From: an uncultured delta proteobacterium
GTDB taxonomy: Bacteria; Myxococcota_A; Polyangia; Polyangiales; Polyangiaceae
DNA length: 64,000 nucleotides
Reading direction: 5' to 3'
NCBI GenBank assembly: GCA_963716725.1
Contig: CAVQUB010000009.1
Coordinates: 128,001-192,000, forward strand
Shown here piece by piece: positions 29,859 to 39,270 of this stretch; the stretch's first letter is position 1, and every line of letters begins with the position of its first letter. The notes beneath the pieces are model-generated. The model did not search any database. It was not told the DNA's origin and saw nothing but the letters and a program-made list of their open reading frames with translations. Both the position numbers and the translations under genes were made by a program.

Positions 29859-31355
29859 ATGCGCCCTTCGCGATCGACCCTCGCATCCATCGTTGCCTTG
29901 CTGCTCGCGGGCTGTGTGGGCGGCTCCACCGACACCAGCGCCCAGGACAAAGAACGCCTGAAGGCCCAGGTCATCGACAAGGTCCCGGACGACGTTCCGG
30001 CAAAGCTGAACATCAACTTCGACGGCAAGGTCACGCTGGTCGGAGCCAAGGTCTCGCCCGAGGGAGTGGCCCGCCCGGGCACCCAGGTGAAGATCACGAT
30101 GTACTGGCGCGCCGACAAGAAAGTCGACGCCGGCTGGAACCTCTTCACCCACGTGCTCGACGGCTCCGGCGAGCGCATCCTCAACATCGACAACGTCGGC
30201 CCGTTGCGCGAGTGGAAGGGCGACAAGCAGGTGCTCGGGCCCAGCCAGTGGGAACCCGGCAAGATCTACGTCGACGAGCAGGATTTCACCATCCCGAACA
30301 CGGTGAAGACCGACAAGATCCAGTTCACGACCGGCCTCTGGCGCGATAGCGATCGCATGAAGATCGTGGGCGGCCCGGCCGACCGCGAGAACCGCGGCAT
30401 CGTGGCCAACATCTCGACGGGGGGCCCGGCAAAGCCGGTCGGTCCCGAACCCAGCACCCGGGTGCCCACGCTGCGCGTCGACAAACTCGACAAGGGCGTG
30501 AAGATCGAGGTCAACGGCAAGCTCGACGAGCCGGCCTGGGCCGCGGCGCCGAGCACCGGCCCCTTCGTCGACGTCAGCAACGGTCGCCCGAGCGCTGGCT
30601 TCCCGGTGAGCGGCAGCGTCAAGCTGCTCTGGGACGACCAAAACGTCTACCTCGGCTTCGAGGTGAAGGATCCAGACATCGTCAGCGGCTTCGACAAGAA
30701 GAAGAAGGACCCGCACCTCTGGACCCAAGACACCGTCGAGATCATGGTCGACCCCGACGGGGACGGCGACAACAAGGACTACTACGAGATCCAGGTGAAC
30801 CCCGAGGGCCTGGTCTTCGACTCGCACTTCGACGAGTACAACTCGCCGAAGAAGGATCCCGACGGCCCACCCCTTCGGGTATCACGAAGCGCGTCCTTCG
30901 GGCATCAGGACTGGGAAGCCAAGCTGAAGAGCGGGATCACGGTCAATGGCACCCTCGACAAGCCCGGCGACAAGGACGACGGCTACGTGATCGAGCTTTC
31001 GATCCCCTGGAAGAGCTTCGGCAAGGCCAAGAGCGCACCGCCCAAGACCGGCGACATCTGGCGCATGAACTTCTACGCGATGCAGGAGAACAACGGCGTC
31101 GCGTGGAGCCCGATCTTGGGCCAAGGCAACTTCCACCGGGCGTCGCGCTTCGGTCGCGTGATGTTCGCCGACAAGGCCTTCGTGCCGCCGCTGCCCTTCG
31201 GTGCGCCGACGGCCGCCCCCGTGCTCGCTCCGCCGCCTCCGGCGCCGCCGGCTTCCGGCGCCGCGCCCGCGGGCAGTCTCAAGCCGCTGCTCCGCCTCGC
31301 GCCCGGGCTGCTCCGTCAGCCCAAGCTGCCGACCTTGCCGCCGCCGCAGCCGTGA
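29859..31355 (+). CDS. Lipoprotein: Ig-like domain + CBM9/DOMON-like carbohydrate-binding domain
   Basis: Lipobox LAGC and an N-domain paralogous to the upstream gene, then VNGKLDEPAW, LLWDDQNVYLGF, DTVEIMVDP, YYEIQVNP and WRMNFY. Confidence 0.85.
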   Translation: MRPSRSTLASIVALLLAGCVGGSTDTSAQDKERLKAQVIDKVPDDVPAKLNINFDGKVTLVGAKVSPEGVARPGTQVKITMYWRADKKVDAGWNLFTHVLDGSGERILNIDNVGPLREWKGDKQVLGPSQWEPGKIYVDEQDFTIPNTVKTDKIQFTTGLWRDSDRMKIVGGPADRENRGIVANISTGGPAKPVGPEPSTRVPTLRVDKLDKGVKIEVNGKLDEPAWAAAPSTGPFVDVSNGRPSAGFPVSGSVKLLWDDQNVYLGFEVKDPDIVSGFDKKKKDPHLWTQDTVEIMVDPDGDGDNKDYYEIQVNPEGLVFDSHFDEYNSPKKDPDGPPLRVSRSASFGHQDWEAKLKSGITVNGTLDKPGDKDDGYVIELSIPWKSFGKAKSAPPKTGDIWRMNFYAMQENNGVAWSPILGQGNFHRASRFGRVMFADKAFVPPLPFGAPTAAPVLAPPPPAPPASGAAPAGSLKPLLRLAPGLLRQPKLPTLPPPQP

Positions 31356-31360
31356 GTCGC

Positions 31361-31378
31361 GAGCGCCGGCGGGCGCTC
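31361..31378. terminator. Short hairpin between convergent genes
   Basis: GAGCGCC-ggcg-GGCGCTC inverted repeat, with no U-tract. Confidence 0.25.
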
Positions 31379-31415
31379 CAGGCACCGGCGGCGATCGCCA
31401 GCCACCACCCGGTGG

Positions 31416-32456
31416 CTACTTCAAATACTCCCCCCGATCGCTGCGCGGACCGCCCGCCTTCTCGCCGCCACGATCCCCGTTGATGGGCTTGTCGTGCCAG
31501 AACTCCCACTCGCGTTTGCCCCAGTGCCACGACGCGAAGGACAGGCGTGTGTCGCTGACGCGCACGACGCCAAAGCTCCACTGATTGTGCTTGGTGGATC
31601 CGACGTTGTACACGTCGATGCCCTCCCACTGATAGCGCCCGGACGCGTGGTAGTGGCCGTGAAAGATCGCGACCACGTTGTAGCCAAAGAGCACCCGGGC
31701 CAGATCCGCGCGGTAGCGCGCGTCGCCGAACCAGTTGTTGGTCGAGTAGGGGCCGCGCAACGCGAAGTGCAAGTAGATCACCACCGGGCGATCCTTTCCG
31801 ACGCTCGCGAGATCCTTTTCGAGCGAGGCCAGACCGTCTCCGTCCGGGGCCTCACCCAGACAGATCACGCGCAAGTCGTCCCAATCGAAGGCGTAGCGCG
31901 TACCGCCGTGCCGCTCGCGGATTCGATCCAGCGTGTGCCAACTGTGGTGCTTGTCGTGGTTGCCGTGCCCCTCGAAGACCGGAAAACGCAGGCGACCATC
32001 GCCGCCCTTGTGGCCGTACCAGGCGACGAAGTGCCTCCACTGCCACGGCACGCCGTCTTCGGTCAGATCGCCGGCGATGAGCACGCCGCGCGGCGTTCCG
32101 ACCGCGCCGCCAATCTCCGGAGGGAACGCCTTGCCGGGCATGGAGTTCATGTCGTCGATCTGTCGCGCGTTGAGCCGATCGCTGTCCGCGGGCTCGTTCA
32201 CGGGATCGCGCAGGGCGCCGTTTGCGCCGTGCTCCTTGGCCGCGAAGCCGACGTGGGTGTCCGCCGCGACCAAGAAGGTGACGTCGAGCCCGCCCCGTCG
32301 GCGAGTGCTCGCGGGCGGCTCCGACGCCATCGTGCCCGGCTCCGCCGCGAGCGCGGGACGCGACGGACCGGCCCTGGGCGCAAAGACCCAAACCGCGGCG
32401 CCCAGCCCGACGGTGAGCGCGACGCTGAGCGCGATCCGACGTGGCGGCGGGCGCAT
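31416..32456 (-). CDS. Calcineurin-like metallophosphoesterase, exported or membrane-anchored
   Basis: ADTH, AGDLT, GNHD, LH and HGHYH motifs, with an N-terminal hydrophobic segment. Confidence 0.88.
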   Translation of the reverse strand: MRPPPRRIALSVALTVGLGAAVWVFAPRAGPSRPALAAEPGTMASEPPASTRRRGGLDVTFLVAADTHVGFAAKEHGANGALRDPVNEPADSDRLNARQIDDMNSMPGKAFPPEIGGAVGTPRGVLIAGDLTEDGVPWQWRHFVAWYGHKGGDGRLRFPVFEGHGNHDKHHSWHTLDRIRERHGGTRYAFDWDDLRVICLGEAPDGDGLASLEKDLASVGKDRPVVIYLHFALRGPYSTNNWFGDARYRADLARVLFGYNVVAIFHGHYHASGRYQWEGIDVYNVGSTKHNQWSFGVVRVSDTRLSFASWHWGKREWEFWHDKPINGDRGGEKAGGPRSDRGEYLK

Positions 32457-32504
32457 GCCCCAAGCATGGGGCGCAGGAGCGTGGACCGCAACGCGGCGTC
32501 GCGT

Positions 32505-32915
32505 TCAGCGGATCTTGAACTTGGAGACCACGCGGCCTTCGAACTCGGCGCAGCGAGTCGCGCGCTGCTTGCCCGCCGCGACGTCGCGCTCCGCTCCCAC
32601 CAGGAGCTCTGCGGCGCGTCTTGCGTCACTCGCGCCGCCGTCTTCGCCGAGGGACTTCTTCACCGCGCGCACCGCGTCGAGCCCCTTGGTGTAGAGTTCG
32701 TAGGCAGAGACACACTCGTTCTTCAGCTCGACGACCTCGGGCTCCGCCGCTGCCGCCACGCGCAGCGCCGCCAGGCGGGCGGGTTTGTCGGCGTTGTCCG
32801 CCTCGCGCAGCGCGCGCACGGCGATGACGACGCGTTCGGCTTCGGCGCGCGCCCCGGCGTCGGGGCCACTTTGGCAAGCCACGACCAGCGTCGCGACCAG
32901 GAGTCCCGTTCTCAG
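32505..32915 (-). CDS. Small helical lipoprotein
   Basis: LRTGLLVATLVVAC lipobox. The start is uncertain (possibly a CTG overlapping the upstream stop). Confidence 0.55.
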   Translation of the reverse strand: MRTGLLVATLVVACQSGPDAGARAEAERVVIAVRALREADNADKPARLAALRVAAAAEPEVVELKNECVSAYELYTKGLDAVRAVKKSLGEDGGASDARRAAELLVGAERDVAAGKQRATRCAEFEGRVVSKFKIR

Positions 32916-33448
32916 TCCGCCACCTTGGGCGCGGGCCCCATCTGCACGCGTTCGCCCAGGTAGGATCCGATCAGCGTGAAGAACACACCGAGGGCGCTCA
33001 TCAGCACGTACATCCACCACGGCATGGTCTTCACGGTCTGACTGCGCAGCAGCAGGAACGCCGTCGGGATGGCCACCAAGAAGGCCGCGACCACCGGCTC
33101 GATGAAGGTGCGGCCGGGCGAGATCAGACCGATCAAGAGGCCACCGACGAACCAGACCGGGATCGCGATCAGCATGCCCGCCGAACCCTCGAAGTCGAAG
33201 GCGGGCACCACCATGGGCAGCCCCATCACGATGGCCGCGGTGAGCACGCCCTGGATCACCAGCGCGATGCTGAACCAGAGGAGACTGAAGCCCTCCTGCT
33301 GATAGCGTCGCTCCAGCTCTTCCTGGCGCGACATCACGCGCTTCATGTCTTCGATTTTCGCGCCGCACGAGACACAACGATTGTTGGGCAGCGGAGCGCT
33401 GTTTTTGAAGCCGCAGGACGGGCAGATGATCTTCTTCGGAACAGCCAT
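32912..33448 (-). CDS. Zn-ribbon membrane protein
   Basis: CPSCG...CVSCG followed by four TM segments. Confidence 0.75.
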   Translation of the reverse strand: MAVPKKIICPSCGFKNSAPLPNNRCVSCGAKIEDMKRVMSRQEELERRYQQEGFSLLWFSIALVIQGVLTAAIVMGLPMVVPAFDFEGSAGMLIAIPVWFVGGLLIGLISPGRTFIEPVVAAFLVAIPTAFLLLRSQTVKTMPWWMYVLMSALGVFFTLIGSYLGERVQMGPAPKVAD

Positions 33449-33632
33449 GATAACGGCGCGAGCCCGGGAAAAGTGGCTCGGGCGCCCAGCCTAGCCGGAA
33501 ATCCCGGGGGCGGAAAACAGGCGCGACGTCCAGGCCCGCGCACGCCGGGCAAATCCGCGGTATATCGGAGGAGTCGGGCCCCCGGGCCCGGCCCCGAGGA
33601 ACCAAAGCCCGCCCGGGCTGTCCGATTCTGCC

Positions 33633-34283
33633 ATGTCCCGCCGCCCCGTCGCCGAGATGCCCCTGCTGCTCCACGCCGAGCCCGACCCGGAGCTCGAGGC
33701 GTTGCCAGCGCCGCGGCGCCCGGGCCGGACGCTGACGCTGTGCACCATGTGCGTGACGGCGGTGGTGGCGGTCGCAATGGCCTACTCGATCCGCGGCGAG
33801 GCGAGCTACGCGCTCTCGAAGAGCGCCCCGTCGTCGCTGGGCAACCTCACGGAGCTCGAGCCGCGGCCGGAGCTCGCAAACACTTGGGTGCAGGGCGATG
33901 CGCTCCTGGGTTCTACCCGCGCCGTTCGCTACGATCGCCCTCTCGAGCAAGACAGCTATCGCCTCGCGCCCATCGCCGGCAACGATCGCGTCTGGGTCCA
34001 GGTCAGGGTTCCCTCCGGCATGGAGGGACCGCGCTTCGTTCCTCCCACGTCCTTCGTGGGTCGCATGATTCCCTTCTCGCAGGCTGGCATTCGCTATGAC
34101 GGCCTGACCGAGGCGGCGGCGCGCGCCAGCGCCGGCAAGGTTCCCGACGGCGCCTGGCTCTTGATCGACGGCGAGGCTCCGACCACCACGCGCTGGGCGC
34201 TGGGTCTGATCGCGCTGTTCGTGGGGTTCGCGGCCTTCAATGTCTGGGGTTTGGCCCGCTTGCTGCGCCCGGCCGAAGGCTGA
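33633..34283 (+). CDS. Hypothetical two-TM membrane protein
   Basis: Hydrophobic segments at both ends; first gene of the purMN run. Confidence 0.65.
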   Translation: MSRRPVAEMPLLLHAEPDPELEALPAPRRPGRTLTLCTMCVTAVVAVAMAYSIRGEASYALSKSAPSSLGNLTELEPRPELANTWVQGDALLGSTRAVRYDRPLEQDSYRLAPIAGNDRVWVQVRVPSGMEGPRFVPPTSFVGRMIPFSQAGIRYDGLTEAAARASAGKVPDGAWLLIDGEAPTTTRWALGLIALFVGFAAFNVWGLARLLRPAEG

Positions 34284-34321
34284 TCCTCCCCCCCAGGATC
34301 GATCCCGTGTATGAGGCCGGC

Positions 34322-35368
34322 ATGGCCGTCACCTACCGCGACGCTGGTGTGGACATCGACGCGGGCGACGAGCTCGTCGAGCGTATCAAGCCTCTGGCTC
34401 GCAGCACGCGCATCGCCGAGGTCGTCGACGGAGTGGGGGGTTTCGCTGGGCTGTGCGCGCTGCCCGCGGGCATCGACGATCCGCTCTTGGTCAGCGGGAC
34501 CGACGGCGTGGGCACCAAGCTGAAGGTGGCCTTCGCGACGGGCAAACACGACACCATTGGTATCGATTTGGTGGCCATGTGCGCCAACGACGTGCTGACC
34601 ACGGGAGCACGCCCGCTGTTTTTCCTCGACTACTTTGCCTGCGGAAAGCTCGACGTGGCGGTGGCGGAACGCGTCATCGCCGGCATCGCAGACGGTTGTC
34701 GGCAGGCGGGCTGCGCGCTGATCGGCGGCGAGACCGCCGAACTGCCCGGCATGTACCCCGAGGGCGAGTACGATCTGGCGGGCTTCTGCGTGGGCGTGGT
34801 CTCGCGCAAAGCGCTGCTCGGACCGGCACGCGTGCAGGTCGGCGACCGAGTGATCGGCGTGGCCTCGAGCGGCCTGCACTCGAACGGTTACTCGTTGGCG
34901 CGGCGCGTGCTCGAGATCGAAATGAAGCTCGGGCTCGACGCAAGGGTCCCGGGGCTGGAGCGCAGCGTGGGCGACACGCTGCTCACGCCGACCAAGATCT
35001 ACGCGCAGGCCTGCCTCGGACTCGGGAAGGCGCTCGGCCAGGGCCTGCACGCGTTGTGTCACGTGACCGGCGGCGGCATCGAGGGCAACCTGCCGCGGGT
35101 GATGCCCGCAGGCACCGCGGCCGTGCTTCGGCTGTCCCACGCGCGGCCCGCGGTGTTCGACGTCATCGCGCGGGGCGGCCCGGTCACCGAAGCCGAGATG
35201 CGAAGAACCTTCAACCTCGGGGTCGGGCTGATCGCGGTGGTCGCAGCCGCGGACGTCGATGCCTCCCTCACAGCGCTGACAGCCGCGGGCGATCGCGGGT
35301 GGGTCATGGGCGAAATCGTGGCGACGACCGCCGGCGCGGAGGCCCGCGTCGACGTCGTGGAGGACTGA
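34322..35368 (+). CDS. purM: Phosphoribosylformylglycinamidine cyclo-ligase
   Basis: TYRDAGVDIDAG, GTDGVGTKL, GGETAELPG, SSGLHSNG and HVTGGG. Confidence 0.97.
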   Translation: MAVTYRDAGVDIDAGDELVERIKPLARSTRIAEVVDGVGGFAGLCALPAGIDDPLLVSGTDGVGTKLKVAFATGKHDTIGIDLVAMCANDVLTTGARPLFFLDYFACGKLDVAVAERVIAGIADGCRQAGCALIGGETAELPGMYPEGEYDLAGFCVGVVSRKALLGPARVQVGDRVIGVASSGLHSNGYSLARRVLEIEMKLGLDARVPGLERSVGDTLLTPTKIYAQACLGLGKALGQGLHALCHVTGGGIEGNLPRVMPAGTAAVLRLSHARPAVFDVIARGGPVTEAEMRRTFNLGVGLIAVVAAADVDASLTALTAAGDRGWVMGEIVATTAGAEARVDVVED

Positions 35369-35373
35369 CGGCG

Positions 35374-35952
35374 GTGCTCGAACTCGGCGTGCTGGTCTCC
35401 GGCAGCGGGACGAACCTGCAGGCCATCCTGGACGCGGTCGCGGGCGGCGAGCTCGATGCGCGCGTACGCATCGTGGTCTCCAACAAGCCCGGCGTGCTGG
35501 CCCTGGAACGCGCCGAGCGTGCGGGCGTGCCCAGCTTGGTGATTCGGCACCAAGACTTCGGCACTCGCGAGGACTTCGATCACGAACTGGTGAGCGCGCT
35601 CCAAGGGGCCGGCGCCCGGTTGGTGGTGCTGGCCGGATTCATGCGGGTGCTCACCCCTGGCTTCTTGCGCGCGTTTCCCGGGCGGGTGGTCAACATCCAC
35701 CCCTCGCTGTTGCCCTCCTTCCCGGGCGTGCGCGCCCAGGCACAGGCGTTGGCTCACGGCGTCAAGGTCACGGGGTGCACCGTGCACTTCGTCGACGAGG
35801 GCGTGGACACCGGGCCCATCATCGCGCAGCGCGCGGTGCCCGTGTTGGACGCCGACACCGCCACGACGCTCACGACGCGGATCCTCGAGCAAGAGCACTC
35901 GCTGCTGGTGGAAGCTCTGCGACGACTCGCTGCGCGTCAGGAGCCGGGGTGA
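35374..35952 (+). CDS. purN: Phosphoribosylglycinamide formyltransferase
   Basis: SGSGTNLQA, LAGFMRVL, NIHPSLLP and GCTVHFVDEGVDTGPII. Confidence 0.97.
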   Translation: MLELGVLVSGSGTNLQAILDAVAGGELDARVRIVVSNKPGVLALERAERAGVPSLVIRHQDFGTREDFDHELVSALQGAGARLVVLAGFMRVLTPGFLRAFPGRVVNIHPSLLPSFPGVRAQAQALAHGVKVTGCTVHFVDEGVDTGPIIAQRAVPVLDADTATTLTTRILEQEHSLLVEALRRLAARQEPG

Positions 35953-37487
35953 CGGCCCGCTATTTCGACGTGGTCGTGCTCGGCCGGTCGCTGGGCGCGC
36001 TCTCGGCTGCGGCGCTGCTTGCGCGCCGCGACTTCCGGGTGCTCTTGCTGGGCCAGGGGCAGCGCCCCCCGAGCTACGAATACGAGCGCTTTCGCCTCAA
36101 GCGCCGGGCGTTCACCTTGCTCTTCGGTTCGAGCCCCGTCTGGGTGCGGCTGCTGCACGAGCTGGCGCAGAGCCAGCGATTTCGCCGAATGGTGAGCCCC
36201 CTCGATCCCATGTTCGTCATGTCGAGCGGTGGACGTCACATCGAGGTTCCACCGGACATGGAGCTCTTCGTGAGGGAGATCGATCGCGAGTTCCCCGAGG
36301 TGCGACAGCTCGTGGACGAGCTGTACGCCACCATCGCTCCAGTGAACGCGGCCGTGGACGCGGTCTTCGAGAAGGATGCGGTCTGGCCGCCGGGCACCCT
36401 CTGGGAGCGCATCGAGACCCGACGCAGCGGCAGCACGCTCCCGCTGACTCGGGGTGCAGAGAGCGATCTGCTGGCAAAGTTTCCCGTCGGTCATCCATAT
36501 CGCGAGATCGTGACCCTGCCTCCGCAGTTCGCGACCGGACTCTTCGCGAGCGGCGACTATCTGCCTCCCCTGGCGCTCGCCCGCCTGCACGGCTCGTGGA
36601 CACGCGGCATCCAATGCCTCGAAGGCGGCGAGGATGAGCTCGAGGAGTTCTTGCTCGAACGAATCGAGGCCCACGGCGGCGAGTGCCGACTGTCGCATCG
36701 AGCCGCATCGCTCGTGGTCCGGCTAGGCAAGATCGCCGGAGTGCTGGAAGAGGGTGAGGAAGAAGTCACCGGCACCGACTCGGTGGTGACGGATCTCTCG
36801 GGGGAAGCCGTGGCTGATCTCTCGGGAGGCGAAGGCATCAGCCCGGGGGCACGCCGCGACTGGCCGAGGCTCACGGCCAGCGCGGGGCGCTTCGTGGTCA
36901 GCTTGGTAGTCAAGAAGCGCGCGCTGCCCGATCCGCTGGGGGCCGAGGCATTCTTGACGGGACGCGCCGGAGCGCGCCCGGATCCGCGGCATCCGTCGGT
37001 GCACCTCCAACGCTTGGACGGTCCCGACGACGAGGCCACGCTGGTGGCCGAGACGGTATTGCCCGTCCGCGGTCCGCTCACGGTGCTCGAGGCGCGGGAG
37101 GCAGTGCTGACAACCTTGCGCGAGCACCTGCCCTTCTTGGACCAACACGTCTTGGTGGTGGATTCGCCTCACGACGGGCTTCCGCTTCTCGACAAGACCC
37201 GCGGCACCGCCCGAGAGATGGACCGCATCCACCTGTCGGGGACGACGGCCGGCGCCGAACCCATGCAGTGGCTGTGGAGCGTCGAGCCGGCGGGGTACCT
37301 CGACCTCGGCGGGGAGCCCATTCGCGGCCCGGTCCCGGGCTCCTACCTGGTCGGCTCGACGGTACTGCCGGCTCTCGGGCAAGAGGGCCAGCTGCTCGCG
37401 GCCTGGGGCGCCGCGCGCATCATCACCCAGAAAGACAAGGGGAGACAGAAGATGCGTCGGCAGATGTGGACGAAGATAGAAACGTAG
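35949..37487 (+). CDS. Phytoene-desaturase-like FAD oxidoreductase fold protein
   Basis: N-terminal FDVVVLGRSLGALSAAALLA Rossmann start and 'GGEDEL...IEAHGGE' motif. It is coupled to purN (GTGA). Confidence 0.7.
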   Translation: MTARYFDVVVLGRSLGALSAAALLARRDFRVLLLGQGQRPPSYEYERFRLKRRAFTLLFGSSPVWVRLLHELAQSQRFRRMVSPLDPMFVMSSGGRHIEVPPDMELFVREIDREFPEVRQLVDELYATIAPVNAAVDAVFEKDAVWPPGTLWERIETRRSGSTLPLTRGAESDLLAKFPVGHPYREIVTLPPQFATGLFASGDYLPPLALARLHGSWTRGIQCLEGGEDELEEFLLERIEAHGGECRLSHRAASLVVRLGKIAGVLEEGEEEVTGTDSVVTDLSGEAVADLSGGEGISPGARRDWPRLTASAGRFVVSLVVKKRALPDPLGAEAFLTGRAGARPDPRHPSVHLQRLDGPDDEATLVAETVLPVRGPLTVLEAREAVLTTLREHLPFLDQHVLVVDSPHDGLPLLDKTRGTAREMDRIHLSGTTAGAEPMQWLWSVEPAGYLDLGGEPIRGPVPGSYLVGSTVLPALGQEGQLLAAWGAARIITQKDKGRQKMRRQMWTKIET

Positions 37488-37501
37488 TATCCTTCGCTTC
37501 G

Positions 37502-38635
37502 ATGCGACGCGCGCTTCCCGCCGTGCTCTTGGCCCTCGGCCTGTTGCTTACGGCGTTCTCTGTCTCAGCTCAGTCAAAATCGAACGTCCAGGTGCTCGCC
37601 ATCGGCAGCGACGACGCCTTCGAGCAGGCTCAGGCACTGACCATCGCGCTCAAGCGCGCGATCACTCGGACTGAGGGCTGGTCGCTGCTGAAGGGCGACT
37701 ATTCCCTGGAGGTGATGACCGCCGCGCTCGGCTGTCCTATCCCGCCCGACTCGGGCTGCCAGAAGAAGATCGGCACCAAGGTCGGGTCCAATCGCTACAT
37801 CTGGGGGACCCTGGCCAAGAGCGGCAAGAAGGACGTCGTCGCGGTGCTCCGCCTCTGGGAAAACGGCGAGCAGAAGAAGGACGCTCACATCAAGTACGCC
37901 GCCAATCTGACCGATCCCTCCGACGACTCGCTGATGGCCATCGCCTCGGACGCGTTTGCGAAGCTGACCGGCGAGGCAACCGGCGTTGTGGTGGTCACGG
38001 CCGGCAGCGTCAACGGCAAGATCTTCGTGGACGGCAAAGAGGTCGGCGTGGTCACCGACGGCCGCACCGAGCTGACTCTGCCGAGCGGTGACCACAAGAT
38101 CATGGTGCGGGCGGAGGGCTTCAACGACGCGCTTGGAACCGTCTCCGTCCGCGCTGGCTCGAGCGCCGAGGTCGCGCTGAACCCGACCCCCGCGAGCGAC
38201 GGCAAGCCGGCCGGCGACGACCCCACGTTGGACAAGAAGAGCGGCGGAACCGGCAAGATGCTCGGCTACATTGGCATCGGGGTGGGCGGCGCGCTGGTGC
38301 TCACTGGCAGCTACTTCGGCGTCCAGACGCTGGGGCAGATCAAGGACTCCGAGTACGAGGACTATCGCAAGACGGCCGTCCCTGAGGGTGAGGACGCGTG
38401 CAAGTACGCGGAGGCCACCGGCCGGAGCGACATCGTCGACGTGTGCGATCGCAACAAGCGCGACAAGACCCTGTTCTGGGTCCTCACGCCCGTGGGCGCG
38501 GTCCTCGCGGGAGTCGGCGTGTACTTGCTCGCCAGCGGCGACGACAAAGCCGCCAGCGCCAAGCCCCCCCGCGTGCAGCCGATGCTCGGTCTCGGACCCC
38601 GGGGCGGCGAGCTGCGCGTCAACGTCGCGTTCTGA
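37502..38635 (+). CDS. Exported PEGA-domain protein with C-terminal hydrophobic hairpin
   Basis: Signal peptide, KIFVDGKEVG...LPSGDHKIMVRAEGF PEGA motif, a Cys pair between hydrophobic segments and a C-terminus LRVNVAF. Confidence 0.8.
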   Translation: MRRALPAVLLALGLLLTAFSVSAQSKSNVQVLAIGSDDAFEQAQALTIALKRAITRTEGWSLLKGDYSLEVMTAALGCPIPPDSGCQKKIGTKVGSNRYIWGTLAKSGKKDVVAVLRLWENGEQKKDAHIKYAANLTDPSDDSLMAIASDAFAKLTGEATGVVVVTAGSVNGKIFVDGKEVGVVTDGRTELTLPSGDHKIMVRAEGFNDALGTVSVRAGSSAEVALNPTPASDGKPAGDDPTLDKKSGGTGKMLGYIGIGVGGALVLTGSYFGVQTLGQIKDSEYEDYRKTAVPEGEDACKYAEATGRSDIVDVCDRNKRDKTLFWVLTPVGAVLAGVGVYLLASGDDKAASAKPPRVQPMLGLGPRGGELRVNVAF

Positions 38636-38643
38636 GCGGACCC

Positions 38644-39208
38644 ATGAGGGTCACCGGCGGGCGGCTGGGGGGTCGCACGCTGCGGGCGCCCAAGGGTGAC
38701 GCCACGCGCCCGACGACCGACCGAGTCCGCGAGAGCCTGTTCCAAATCCTCGGCGACCTCGCCGGGCTTCGAGCGGCCGATCTCTATGCGGGCACCGGGG
38801 CCCTCGGGATCGAAGCGCTGTCTCGGGGCGCGAGCTTCGCGGCCTTCGTGGAGGCCCGGCGGCCAGCTGCCCTGGTCCTGCGCTCGAACCTCGACGCGCT
38901 GGAGCTCGGCGCGGTGAGCACAGTCATCGTCGCACCGGTGGAGCGGGCGCTGGAGAGCCTGCGCGCCCTGGGCCCATTCGATCTCGATCTTGGCCGATCC
39001 CCCGTGGGCGGAAATGGCGCGGGCCATGCTGACCTTGCGACGCTTGGCGTCGCACCACCTCGCGGACGGCGGCCGCCTGGTGGTCGAGCATGCATCGCGC
39101 GCTCCTCTGCCCATCCCCCAGGACTTTCCCCTCGAGCTCTTCGACGAGCGAGAATGGGGTGACACCGCGGTTTCCATGTTCAGCGCTCCAACGCCGGGAA
39201 AAGGCTGA
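38644..39208 (+). CDS. rsmD: 16S rRNA (guanine966-N2)-methyltransferase (frameshift near 38985)
   Basis: MRVTGG, TRPTTDRVRESLF and DLYAGTGALGIEALSRGA, then ADPPW...VVEH in another frame. Confidence 0.9.
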
Positions 39209-39270
39209 GATATTTTGTCGCCGCTGGCGCGCTGGCTGGACTATATTGCGCTGACGTTTTCGAGGATGTG

